Origin: Eledone cirrhosa
Lineage: Eukaryota
Length of the DNA: 64,000 bases
Reading direction: 5' to 3'
Assembly (NCBI GenBank): GCA_964016885.1
Contig: OZ024741.1
Coordinates: 210,242,001-210,306,000, forward strand
This document shows, piece by piece, positions 13,925-25,985 of the stretch. The translations under genes and the position numbers were made by a program. The notes beneath the pieces were generated by a model, which was not told the DNA's origin, did no database searches, and saw nothing but the letters and a program-made list of their open reading frames with translations. Each line of letters begins with the position of its first letter. Position 1 is the stretch's first letter.

Positions 13925-16870
13925 AACCCCGTGACCAAGAAATACCGGGATGGCGGCCGGCGGGGAATAGCCGTGTCTCTAGGGGAGAACGACCCCTCTA
14001 GTCTTGGTTGACACTCGTTCTAGAAGTGGTAACACGAAATGATTACCCCTTGGCGGATAAGGATAAAACGCGACAAAATAAAGTAAATGTCTAATGATAA
14101 AATCTCATACCGGATCGGCCGTCACCCGGGTAAAAAAGGGCCGCGTCCCTCAGAGAGGAACCAGACTGGGTCGAAAAATCAGCTAATGGTTCAAACCTTC
14201 CCATCACTTCGGAGCTGGAGACCTCCTATAACCGGAATACTCCTACTGCTCACCACCAAGAAATCTAAAGAAAAAGAGAGAAAAATGGTCAAGGGAAGAT
14301 AATAAAGAAGTCCTTGAGGCTTTCTACACTGCCATGTACTACCCAACAAATACATCGAATACAGAACAGACATATATCAACTGGAAAAAGAAACATCCCG
14401 AAAACAGAGGCTATATTGACAGTAACAAACTAGCCAATATACGAAGAAATCCCCAGGAAAAGACAAAATACAAAACTTTTGGATAAATGCCTTCACAGAG
14501 TCTCATGAGCTGTTAGCCCAACTTTACAATGAAATAGTTAAGGAGCCAGAAAAGATACCTTCATGGCTAGTTAACGGCATTACATTCCTGCTTCCGAAGA
14601 ATGATGAGACAAACAATCCCCAAAATTACAGACCGATAACTTGCTTGACCACAATGTATAACATTTTAACATCAGTCCTAACTGAATACACATATGACTA
14701 CTTGATAACAAATGACCTATTTCCCATTGAGCAGAAAGGGTGTAAACGAGGCTCATATGGCTGTAAGGATCAGCTTCTGGTTAACAAAATGATACTGGAA
14801 GATTGTCATAATAGACACAAAATCTATCGATTGCTTGGATAGATTATAAAAAAGCATTTGATAGTTTGCCACACAGTTGGATTGAAAAATGTTTAGAGAT
14901 TTTCAAAGTATCCCCCGTTGTCAGGAGGTTTTTGTCATTCAGTATGAAGACATGGAAAACGACACTCCTTTTGAATAGTGAAACAAAATCACTGGAAGCT
15001 GGAGAAGTTAATATTAATTGTGGAATTTTTCAGGGTGACTCTTTATCACCGCTTTTATTCTGCATCGCACTTATACCATTAAGTAAAATGCTCAATGAAA
15101 CAAAACATGGATATAAAGTCTATGACAAAACCATTAATCACCTGTTCTACATGGATGACCTGAAACTATTTGCAAAAAATGATGAACAATTGCAAGGGCT
15201 ATTATCCACTGTGAAGCAGTTCAGTGATGACATTACAATGGAGTTTGGACTAGATAAATGCGCCAAAGCAACTTCACCAGAGGAAAGCTGCTGAAGAGTT
15301 CAGACATTAATCTTGATCGGGGGAACGTGATAAGAGAACTTGATCAAGAAAAAACTTACAAATATCTAGGTGTTTGTGAAGGAGACGGAATCAAGCACTC
15401 GACAATGAGGGAAAGGATAAGGAAGGAATGTTACCGCAGAGTAAGAGCAATCTTAAGAACGGAATTGAATGCAAGGAATAGGATCGATGCCATAAACACG
15501 CTTGCCATACCAGTAGTAACCTACAGTTACAATGTCATCAACTGGTCAAGCACAGAGATCCGTAGGCTCGATACAAAAATTCGAAAATTCTTAACCATGC
15601 ACAGAATGCATCACCCTAAAGCAGATATAGATAGAATATATCTCCCTAGGAAAGAAGGAGGACGTGGGTTAATCCAGTTAGACATTGCGTTGAAAACTGC
15701 AACAATTGGATTATCTACATATCTAAGGGAATCACATGATTTGATGATCAAACTCGTTTTGAAACACGAAAGCATCAAAAGATCATATTCCATTACAAAA
15801 GATGCACAAAGATACAGTAATGGACTACAAATTTCAGAAGTCCCATTTACTGCTGAAATGGAAAACACAGAAAAAGCAAAGCAGGTAAAAGTAACTGCAA
15901 AGAAAGAACTGCTACAGAAACTGGCTAAGAAATGGCAAGAAAAGCCTCTGTATGGAAAATACCCAGAGCGAGCTAACAATCCTGATGTTGACAAAACTTT
16001 AACCCATCAGTGGTTGGCATCCTCTGGACTGAAATCGGAGACTGAAGGACTGATTATATCGGCACAAGATCAGTGTCTGCCAACAAAAAATTACCAAGCC
16101 AACATAATAAAAAATGGGTGCAGCCCATTATGCCGTGTATGCAAAAAACAACCAGAGACCATTGACCATATAATTTCAATGTGCAGTCCTATAGCTCCAA
16201 CCGAATACCTAAACAGGCATGACAGAGCTGCACAATACATACATTGGATAATGTGTAAGCATTTTGACCTGCCCTATCAAAAGAATTGGTGGGAGCATCA
16301 ACCACCTCCCATACTTGAAAAAGATCACATCTCAATCTTGTGGAACTTTAGCATCCAAACAGACCGAAAAATAGATGCAAACAGACCTGATATAATATTG
16401 AAAGACTTTCAAAAGAGGGTATGCCTGCTAATTGATATGTCTGTTCCAATAGACAAGAATGTATCTATAAAAACATTTGAAAAATTGAGCAAGTATAAAG
16501 ACCTGGAGATAGAAATTGGAAAAATGTGGAAATTGAGAACTAAAACAATACCAGTGGTTGTAGGCGCTCTGGGAATGATACCTAAGGGGTCTAATGATTA
16601 CATATCGCAAATCCCAAGAAACCCGCGTATAGGAGAAATACAAAAGATAGTACTAATGGGAACTGCCCATATACTAAGGAAGATTCTGTCAATATAAGTA
16701 CATCACAAGTCTAAACACTAAAGATGCATGTGTGAATATGTATGTTCTTTCTTGAACATGGCGGACCTTGTTGTCTCTTGAGGTCACTGGTTGTGACTTG
16801 GTGATAACTCGTATGAACATAAAGCAAGATAAATGCAATAATAATAATAATAATGATAATAATAATAATA
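13925..16870 (+). mobile_element. R4/Dong-clade non-LTR retrotransposon, near full length, internally deleted
   Basis: Structured 5' leader, ORF with RT + CCHC + RLE, 3' end running into (TAA)n. Confidence 0.9.
14087..16697 (+). pseudogene. R4/Dong ORF (N-terminal domain, RT, zinc knuckle, restriction-like endonuclease), frameshifted
   Basis: Motifs: KWSREDNKEV..NKLANIRR; KSPGKD; NYRPITCL; WIDYKKAFDS; GIFQGDSLSP; HLFYMDDLKL; RKEGGRGL; CRVC..ETIDHIISMC; RHD; NRPDI; KLSKYKDL. Frameshifts near 14820 and 15272. Confidence 0.92.
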
Positions 16871-17100
16871 GAAGAAGAAGAAGAAGAAGAAGAAGAAGAG
16901 AAAGAAGAAGAAAAAGAAGAAGAAGAAGAAGAAGAAGAAGAAGAAGAAGAAGAAGAAGAAGAAGAAGAAGAAGAAGAAGAAGATATGTATAATATTGTAG
17001 GAGGGAGATGAATGAAAGTGATGTGTAAACTGAAGGAAATTGAAGTTGAAAGAAATAGAGGTAGAACGTGAAGAAAGAGAGGTAAATCATGAAGAGAGAA

Positions 17101-17178
<78 letters not shown>

Positions 17179-17200
17179 ACAGAGAGAGCGAGGGAGAGAG
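16871..17200. repeat. (GAA)n and (GA)n microsatellites
   Basis: Direct. Confidence 0.9.
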
Positions 17201-17399
17201 AGAAAAGATGGATACAGTGAGGTGAGAAAATGAAGCAAAACGAGAGAAGGAGAAAGTGAAGAAAGATATGTGAAAGAGGAGATGAAGAAAGGAGAGATAA
17301 AATACCAAGAAAGGAGACAAAAGAAATGAAGATAACATGAAATGAAAGGAAAGGAAAATGAATGAACGAAAATTGGGAACAACAACAACAATAACAATA

Positions 17400-17592
17400 A
17401 TAATTGTTTCTAGTGTTGGCACAAGGCCAGCAATTACCCAATACATTACTGGTATTTTATTTTATCGACCCCGTAAAAATAAAGGCAAAGTTAACCTCAG
17501 CAGGATTTGAACTCAGATTATAAAGTGCCATAACTCTATGCTGCAAAGGATGGCATCATACCCTCTATCGATACTGCCAATACACCGCCCTT
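17400..17592 (-). mobile_element. tRNA-derived SINE (dominant local family)
   Basis: Minus strand ggcggtgtattggcagtatcg..gagttcaaatcc..gaggttaactttgccttt..ggggtcgataaaataaaatacc..gctggccttgtgcc. Confidence 0.85.
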
Positions 17593-17624
17593 AGAAATTA
17601 TAGATAATAATGGTTTCTGGTATA

Positions 17625-18120
17625 TTCACACGGGCCATTCTCGCCACATTCATCCACCCTTTAGCAAATGTACTGGAGGACAGCACTTCTCTCTCCACCC
17701 TCACCTTCCTTTCCAGGTGAAACTTGAAGAAGTTGATGAAGGATTGGCCGAAGAGAAAAGTGTCTGTCTTCAGTCCTTTCAATCAGGTCCACCATATAAC
17801 CTCTTTCGCAATTGCCACCAGACAGAGCAAAATTGCCTGCTCTTCCTTGCCAAAGGAAGGCGGCGGATCGATCTTCACTATGGACTCGGCAGATAGCCGG
17901 ATCCATTCTACACGCGACCGTAGCTGTTCGACATAACTCCATAAGTCAGTAATACACGGACATTGGACAAGTGCGTGCAGAACGGTTTCGTCGCTCTGTG
18001 CGCATCTTGGGCAGGTCCGCCTGATAGCACTTCCGTGCCTGTAGAGTTTATCTCGAACCGGCAGTGCCCCGCGGTAGCACTGCCAAGCGAGGGATTTCTG
18101 GAAATTGTCCATCATCCCCG
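17625..18120 (-). pseudogene. L1/Tx1-clade LINE ORF2 C-terminal (zf-RVT) fragment
   Basis: SLAWQCYRGALPVRDKLYRHG..CPRCAQSDETVLHALVQC..W. In-frame stop at 17783-17785, where the 43.6-kb copy has Arg. Confidence 0.85.
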
Positions 18121-18154
18121 GCTTATAATAATAAAAATAATAATATTATTAATA

Positions 18155-18745
18155 ATAATTGTTTCTACTTTTGGCACAAGGCCAGCAAATAACCCAGTAG
18201 ATTACTGGTACTTTATTTTATCGACCCCGTAAGGATGAAGGGCAAAGTTAACCTCGACAGCATTTGAACTCAATCCGTAAAGGGATGTAACTCTATGCAG
18301 GAAAGCATGGCGTCCGATTCTCTAACGATATTGCCAATCCACCGCCCTTAGAAATTATAAATAATAATTAATTCTACTTTGGGCACAAGGCCAGCAAATA
18401 CCCAGTACATTACTGGTACTTTATTTTATCGACCCCGTAAGGATGAAAGGCAAAGTTAAGCTCGGCGGGATTTGAACTCAGACTGCAAAGGGCCGTAACT
18501 CTATGCTGCAAAGCATGGCGTCCGACCCTCTACCGATACTGCTAATCCCCAAATAATAATTGTTTCTACTTTTGGCACAAGGCCAGCAATTACCCAGTGC
18601 ATTACTGGTACCTTATTTTATCGACCCCGTAAGGATGAAAGGCAAAGTTAACCTCGGCGGGATTTTAACTCAGAATGACAAGGGCCATAACTCTATGCGT
18701 CAAAGCATGGCGTCCGACCCTCTACCGGTACTGCCAATCCACTGC
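18155..18745 (-). mobile_element. Three head-to-tail SINE copies
   Basis: Same ~190-bp consensus repeated three times. Confidence 0.85.
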
Positions 18746-19083
18746 AGGCACAAGGCCAGCAATTTTGTGTATTATATCTAGCCAAATACTTGACTGGTAT
18801 TTTATGTAATCGACGTCGGAAGAATAAAAGGAAAAGTTGGAAATGGTGGCAATCAAAATAAGAAGACAAAGTGAAAGAAGAAAGAAGAGGATAAAAAGAA
18901 GAAAATGAAGTAAAATAGAACTCCTACACGACGTTACAGAAGAACCACTAAATGACATTACACATTACACATTATACATGCTACACATATGTGGAGCATA
19001 CAATAACATGCACGACACATAACCTATACACACAATGAAATAACTAACACATACTACACAAAGCATATTATACACACACAATT

Positions 19084-19770
19084 AATACCTATTGAAATAA
19101 CACAACTTACACAACGTATATTCTATACACACAAGTAATACCTATTGAAATAACACAACTTTCACAACGTATATTCTATACACACAAGTAATACCTAATG
19201 AAATAACACAACTTACACAACGTATATTCTATACACACAAGTAATACCTAATGAAATAACACAACTTACACAACGTATATTCTATACACACAAGTAATAC
19301 CTAATGAAATAACACAACTTACACAACGTATATTCTATACACACAAGTAATACCTAATGAAATAACACAACTTACACAACGTATATTCTATACACACAAG
19401 TAATACCTAATGAAATAACACAACTTACACAACGTATATTCTATACACACAAGTAATACCTAATGAAATAACACAACTTACACAACGTATATTCTATACA
19501 CACAAGTAATACCTAATGAAATAACACAACTTACACAACGTATATTCTATACACACAAGTAATACCTAATGAAATAACACAACTTACACAACGTATATTC
19601 TATACACACAAGTAATACCTAATGAAATAACACAACTTACACAACGTATATTCTATACACACAAGTAATACCTAATGAAATAACACAACTTACACAACGT
19701 ATATTCAATACACACAAGTAATACCTAATGAAATAACACAACTTACACAACGTATATTCTATACATACAA
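19084..19770. repeat. 53-bp tandem satellite, ~13 copies
   Basis: Unit aatacctaatgaaataacacaacttacacaacgtatattctatacacacaagt. Confidence 0.95.
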
Positions 19771-19871
19771 TGAAATATATAACAGACCACACAACATATT
19801 CTACACACAACTACTAATAAAATAAAACAACTTAAACTATCGGAGATGTGATATCTCAATTCAGAGAAGTA

Positions 19872-20352
19872 GCGATCACAGTTCCGTTACTATGAGCATG
19901 GGGTCAGAATGTCTCGATAGAGTGCGTAGCTCGGAGATCAGAGGATCACTCCAATTAGAGCTACTACTTCTCCTAAATGAGAGATCACAGTTCCGTTACT
20001 ATGAGCACGGGGTCAGAATGTCTCGATAGAGTGCATAGCTCAGAGATCAGAGGATCACTCCAATTAGAGCTACTACTTCTCCTAAATGAGAGATCACAGC
20101 ACCGACACCATGGGCATGGGGTTAGAATGTCTCGATAGAGTGTGTAGCTCGGAGATCAGAGGATCACTCCAATTAGAGCTACTACTTCTCCTAAATGAGA
20201 GATCACAGCACCGACACCATGGGCATGGGGTTAGAATGTCTCGATAGAGTGTGTAGCTCGGAGATCAGAGGATCACTCCAATTAGAGCTACTACTTATCC
20301 TAAATGAGAGATCACAGTTCCGATACTATGGGCATGGAGTTAGAATGTCTGA
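19872..20352. repeat. 110-bp tandem repeat, ~4.4 copies
   Basis: Unit gagatcacagttccg..catggggttagaatgtctcgatagagtg.gtagctcggagatcagaggatcactccaattagagctactacttctcctaaatga. Confidence 0.92.
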
Positions 20353-20804
20353 GGCAAGAATTGCTGGATATATTTTACGGGCAAAATAGGGCGGCAGGAG
20401 ACCTAGGGGTAGACCCTGAGCAAGATAGTGGGATAACATCCATAAGCTTGGTTGGTCTGGCTTGTGGATCTAACCGGATCAGTTGGAGACAGTTACTTCT
20501 AACAGAACTCGCATATAAAAACTGCCAGCCCTTCTCGGCTGTTCCCGAGGCGATCTTCAAGATGGACTCAGGTTATAACCGTATCCATCCCACGGGTGAC
20601 AGCAGCTGTTTAACATAAACCCACAATTCAAATTTTATGAAAAAAAAAAGATTATGACGAAAACAATGAGGAAAAGGAAGAGGTGGAGGTGGAAGTGGAG
20701 GTGGAGGTGGAGGTGGAGGAGGAATTGGAGGTGGAGGTGAACGGGAATAAGAATAAAAAGAGTGAGAGAAAAGAGAAGAGTAAGCAGAAATAATTAAAAA
20801 GAAA

Positions 20805-21582
20805 CTTTATTTTATCGACCCCGGAAGGATGAAAGGTAAAGCTAACCTCGGCTGGATTTGAATCCAGAACGTAAAGGCCCGGAACTTTATGTCGCAAAGA
20901 ATGATGTCCAACGCTCTACCGATACTGCCAATAATAATTGTCTCTACTTTTGGCGCAAGGCCAGCAATCTAGTGGTGTACGGCCATGCTGGGGCGTTGCT
21001 TTAATCTTGTAGTGTACAGCTATGCTGGGGCATTGCTTTAATCTAGTGGTGTACGGCTATGCTTGGGGTATTACTGGTACTTTATTTTACCGACCCCGTA
21101 GGAATGAAAGGAAAAGTTACCTTCGGTGGGATTTGAACTCAGATCATAAAGGGCCGTAACTCAATGTTGGAAAGCATGTCCGACCCACTACCGATACTGC
21201 CAATTCTAATAATAATAAAGAAATAATTTATATAGAGCTTCTTCGTAGGGGAGAAACACTTAATATCCATTCATTGAAAGAAAGAAATCTTCAACTCGAT
21301 CAATTAAATATTGTGTTACAAAAGAAGAAAAAAAAAAGAAGATATTCCAAATTTTGTGAACAAGTTTTTAAAATGTTTTAAAACATCAACGACTAATAAT
21401 TGTTTTTACTTATGGCACAAGGCCAGCAATTATCCCAGTGCATTACTGGTACTTTATTTTATCGACCCCGTAGGGATGAAAGGAAAAGTTAACCTCGGTG
21501 GGATTTGAACTCAGACCATAAAGGGCCGTAACTCTATGCTGAAAAGCATGGCGTCCGACCCTCTACCGATACTGCCAATTCA
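20805..21582 (-). mobile_element. Cluster of three SINE copies (one interrupted by the ~34-bp minisatellite at 20970-21070)
   Basis: SINE consensus at ~20805-20932, 20935-21205 and 21395-21582. Confidence 0.8.
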
Positions 21583-21674
21583 CCATATATAATATCATAT
21601 ATACACACACACACAGTATATATAATATCATATATACATACCCCACAGTGAATATAATATCATAAAATACAATA

Positions 21675-21895
21675 GCTCTCCAAGTACCGGTCGCCCCCCC
21701 GACAGGTTCGCGGTCGTGCTCTTGGCAGTGGAGACTTCTGGTGTCCTTGTCCCAAGGGCTACCTCCCTTTTCACCACCATAAGTTGCTGAGCTGGCCAGC
21801 CGCAGGTGTGAGCCTCGCCAGTTGGAATGGCTCTTCCAGCGCATCTCCCTTACTATCCTCCGGGGAAACACCTTCTCTACCCTGTCCGCCATTTC
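21675..21895 (+). pseudogene. CRE-like RLE C-terminal fragment
   Basis: LSKYRSPPDRFAVVLLAVETSGVL / ELASRRCEPRQLEWLFQRISLTILRGN; homologous to 1085-1400. Confidence 0.7.
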
Positions 21896-22016
21896 CTCAC
21901 CATACGGATTAATAGGCAAAGTTATAAACTATTGTATGAATAATTATTGTGGCTTGCTCTAGGAAAATATATCAACTCTCCATTATAGGTTCTTATGTTA
22001 TTTTACTGGTGTCATT

Positions 22017-22532
22017 AGTGTACGGTCATGCTGGGGCATTGCTTTAATCTTGTGGTGTATGGCCATGCTGGGGAATTGCTTTCATCTAGTGTACGGCCAT
22101 GCTAGGGCATTGCTTTAATCTTGTAGTGTACGGCCATGCTGGGGCATTGCTTTCATCTAGTGTACGGCCATGCTGGGGCATTGCTTTAATCTAGTGGTGT
22201 ACGGCCATGCAGGGGCATTACTTTCATCTAGTGTACGGCCATGCTGGGGCATTGTTTTAATCTTGTACTATGTACGGCCATGCTGGGGCATCGCTTTAAT
22301 CTAGTTGTGTACGGCCATGCTGGGGCGTTGCTTTAATCTAGTTGTGTACGGCCATGCTGGGGCATTGCTTTAATCTTGTAGTGCACGGCCATGCCGGGGC
22401 ATTACTTTAATCTAGTTGTGTACGGCCATGCTGGGGCATTGCTTTAATCTTTAGTGTACGGCCATGCTGGGGCATTGCTTTCATCTAATGTACGGCCATG
22501 CTGGGGCATTGCTTTAATCTAGTCGTGTACGG
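22017..22532. repeat. ~32-35-bp minisatellite, ~15 copies
   Basis: Unit gtgtacggccatgctggggcattgctttaatctag; grades into an ~80-bp repeat at 22555-22840 with the same cggccatgctgg core. Confidence 0.9.
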
Positions 22533-23008
22533 ACTATCGATCTCTGTATTCGTTTACTGGTGTCATTCATTAGTCAGCGGCCATGCTGGAACATTGCCTT
22601 AATTTAGTCGTCTATATCGGCATTTATACACTTTTACTGGTTTCATTCATTAGTTAGTGGCCATGCTGGAGCACCACCTTAATTTTGTCGCCTACATCGA
22701 CCACTGCAGGCTTGTACTGGTTTCATTCATTAGTCTGCGGCCATGCTGGAATACTGCCTTAATTAAGTCGATTATATTAACCCGAGTACGATTACACTAC
22801 TTTCTGTGATTAAACAGCGGCCATACTGGGGCACCGTACTTGAAGGAAGATTTTAATTTGTGCCCCACCCCAATACTTCTTTTCTAAATTTAGTGCTTAT
22901 TTTATCATCTTTTTCTTGTTTAACCGTTAAGTTACGGACATATTCGTTGCGGTAAATGTAACGCAAACACATACAGCTCCCATCACACACACACACACAC
23001 ACACACAC

Positions 23009-23044
<36 letters not shown>

Positions 23045-23047
23045 GCA

Positions 23048-23092
<45 letters not shown>

Positions 23093-23158
23093 ACGAGGGC
23101 GCAGCTGGGGGAAGGTATATGCCTAACAACGGACTTCCCAGGGCTGAAGATGAAGTTG

Positions 23159-23249
<91 letters not shown>

Positions 23250-23254
23250 TGCAC

Positions 23255-23287
<33 letters not shown>

Positions 23288-23290
<3 letters not shown>

Positions 23291-23374
23291 CTCCGACATA
23301 TCATATTGAAATATACTGGGTAAAACATTACTTTGTTTTGTTGTATTTGTCATCTCTTGACTTATTCAGTCATT

Positions 23375-23411
<37 letters not shown>

Positions 23412-24175
23412 GGGGAGAAGAATACTGCAGGTTGCACATGGATAACATGTTATAAAATGAGTCCCTCATCAGTGATTTGCCAACGATCATAGATATTTCA
23501 TTGCATTAAAAATCATATACCTCACGTTGGTGCAATAATAACTAAATTAAGTTATTAGGACAATTAAAACGCGTAAAGCGAGTAAACAACAAAGAGAAAA
23601 GCTAACCGTAGATAGGAAGAGGCACAAGCTACATAGTTATTCTGACAGCATAAGCTGGGTGAATATATGAGCGCGTAGAAAATAGAACTTTCGAGATGAA
23701 TTCAATGTAAGAAAGAAGGAAATTGTTTTCGTCGCGAACGGGGTGAAGTGAGAAGGGGAGAAACAGTGAGTGAGTGAGTGGAAGTGTGAGGAAGAAGTCA
23801 GTAGAGAGAAAGTGTTAACTGACATGACAGAGGAGGCGAAAGAAAGTAAGAGAAACAGAGAGAACGAGGGAGCAGTAAGAGAGAGAGAGAGAAAAACAGA
23901 ATCGCAGTTTAGGTAAATATATATAATAAATGACTGAATAAGTCAAAGGATGACAAATAAAACCAAACAAAGTAATGTTTTACCCAGTATATTTCAATAT
24001 GATATTTCGGGGCTATAACCATCTTTTTAAACATAAAACGAAAACGAAAATATTATATTGAAATATACTGGCTAAAACATTACTTTGTTTTGTTTTATTT
24101 GACCTCCTTTGCCCTTTATATATTTCTACAGCACTGTATCGGCTTTCCGAAACTTCTCAGTCATTTATTATATAT
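23288..24175. repeat. ~98-bp segment in direct/inverted/direct arrangement (23288-23385, 23918-24015, 24051-24175)
   Basis: catattgaaatatactgggtaaaacattactttgttttg..ttcagtcatttatta and its reverse complement. Confidence 0.85.
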
Positions 24176-24205
24176 ATCACAATGGTTCGTATAAACTATA
24201 CTACT

Positions 24206-24266
<61 letters not shown>

Positions 24267-24355
24267 GATATTAAATACTCCAAATACTTGTTGAGTGCTT
24301 TTATATCAGTTATAAATATTTACTAGTTGTAACCCAACAATTTAAATATAATTTT

Positions 24356-24419
<64 letters not shown>

Positions 24420-24492
24420 GGTGTGGGATACTTAAAGCGTCTGCATGCGGTAGGCCGTTTGAGTACTCGATGCTCTTACAAAGCAGAGTATA

Positions 24493-24790
24493 ATATCACA
24501 TAAGAAACTGAGAATCAGTGTTGCGACGAATTAAAATCTATTAGACATATTACAATCGTTTCTCTGGCGACCAGCTCGAGGCACGATCGATGCGATGATC
24601 AAACCTGACTCTGAAATCACAAGATCTTCAAATACGTCTCGATCTTTAGAAGCAGAGTTTCCAAGCGTCCAGTTAATCGCGCGGCCTTCGCTCGCCAGTT
24701 TGTATTCTGTTCTTGTCGATCGATGAGTGGTCAAGAATTATACACGTCATCGGTATTTCTGACCACTCATGGCCGTTCATTTTTCTGGTT
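24493..24790 (-). mobile_element. Non-coding HHR-bearing repeat (second copy 45050-45310 +)
   Basis: Reverse-complement similarity over ~280 bp. Confidence 0.8.
24543..24639 (-). ncRNA. Type I hammerhead motif, long stem II, C3U
   Basis: agacgtat TTGAAGA tcttgtga..tcgccaga GAAA cgattg TA atatgtct. Confidence 0.75.
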
Positions 24791-24876
24791 CCATTCCTAA
24801 ATTTTAATTCGTTTCACCATTTCGTCTCTCCGTTTCATATGTGATATATATATATATATATGTAGTAATAATAATA

Positions 24877-25360
24877 GACGATGGTCTTTTGACCATGACT
24901 AAGTGCGGACCTCGTGCTTGCGACAGATTCAGAAAAGAACTCACAGCCTTCTTTAAAGGCTTCAACCTCTCTATACAGGTTGAGGCCAATCTCTCGGTCG
25001 TTAATTACCTCGACGTTACCCTCAATTTATTGAATGGGTTGCATTACCCGTATAGAAAGCCGAACCACTTAGAGAACATTAGTCTACGACCTCTTTTATA
25101 CCATAAACGTGGTTCTGTCTTTGCGCGTAATTGTTTTTCACCGCTCCTATTAATGACGTATTATTCGTTTTTTCCCGTTCTTTGCCAGCGAACGTCACCA
25201 CGAACCAAAGTATCGTCTTCCTGTCTTCCTCCGGTTGCAACGTTTTTTGAAATATCCAGTTCTGCGTTTACAGATTGACTTTGTTAGTTTCAGAAGATCC
25301 CGTTAAGGGTGAAAGCAGCGATTCTTTGCTTAAACTTTAATCTGTTATTTTAATAAATAT
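24877..25360 (+). mobile_element. Internally deleted PLE: RT fragment fused to HHR-bearing 3' end
   Basis: DDGLL..FRKELTAFFKGFNLSIQVEANLSVVNYLDVTLNL.NG..YPYRKPN (24877-25065) joins sequence shared with 45440-45890. Confidence 0.8.
25286..25336 (+). ncRNA. Type I hammerhead motif, U4A core variant
   Basis: agttt CAGAAGA tccc-gttaa-gggt GAAA gca-gcgattctt-tgc TT aaact; CUU triplet. Confidence 0.7.
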
Positions 25361-25555
25361 ATATATGTAGATAAATCTACCAAAATAAAACGGTAGTGAC
25401 CAATCCGTATGAAGAACTCAATGTAATCCAAATATAGAAGATCTCACGAAGAAAGAAAATGCATTCAAAAATCAACGATAAAAATCATAGTCAAGAAAAA
25501 TTAATAAAAACAATGAAATAAAAACAAAGAACAGGTTTCTTATATTGAAAAATTC

Positions 25556-25691
25556 ATCATTTTACGTTCGTTTCTGGGATATATATGTGTGTTGGTATGT
25601 ATATCATGTTAAAGATCTATGTAAAAAAAATTACAAATTATCAGAGGAGATATACATACCTTCACATATACATGCCATCTTCAGAAATGAT
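25556..25691 (-). ncRNA. Type I hammerhead, canonical core, ~100-nt stem II
   Basis: atcattt CTGAAGA tgg..tatatgtg..ggtatgtatatc [loop] gatatacatacc..cacatata..cca GAAA cgaacg TA aaatgat. Partial second copy at 49560-49690 has palindromic cgatcg. Confidence 0.85.
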
Positions 25692-25699
25692 CATATATA

Positions 25700-25985
25700 T
25701 ATGGTATCGAAAGGTCCTGTAACTCCGGATAGAGTCGTAGGGGCACCGTATTGACATACGGCGCTTCTTGGACATTTTTAAGCCTGGCGGAGCCCATCCC
25801 TCTCCAGGCCTTAGTACAGCAGATTTCTTCCAGAGAGAGGAAGAAAAGACCTCAGTAGTAGACTGGTACTTTTTTTAATCGTCCTCGAAAGGATGACAGG
25901 AAAAGTTGACCTCGACGGGATTTGAACTCAAAGAGCAGAGAGCCGGAACGAATATCATATCTAACGACGTTTTGCCAATTCGCAT
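25700..25985 (-). mobile_element. SINE with hairpin-bearing 3' tail
   Basis: Same layout as 1925-2165. Confidence 0.75.

Noticed and set aside
19084-20352. 53-bp and 110-bp arrays as CRISPR or coding repeats
   Set aside because: Plain tandem repeats without spacers or a continuous ORF
23140-23310. Hammerhead with CTGAAGA spanning the (CA)n tract
   Set aside because: No matching stem I or GAAA-NUH downstream
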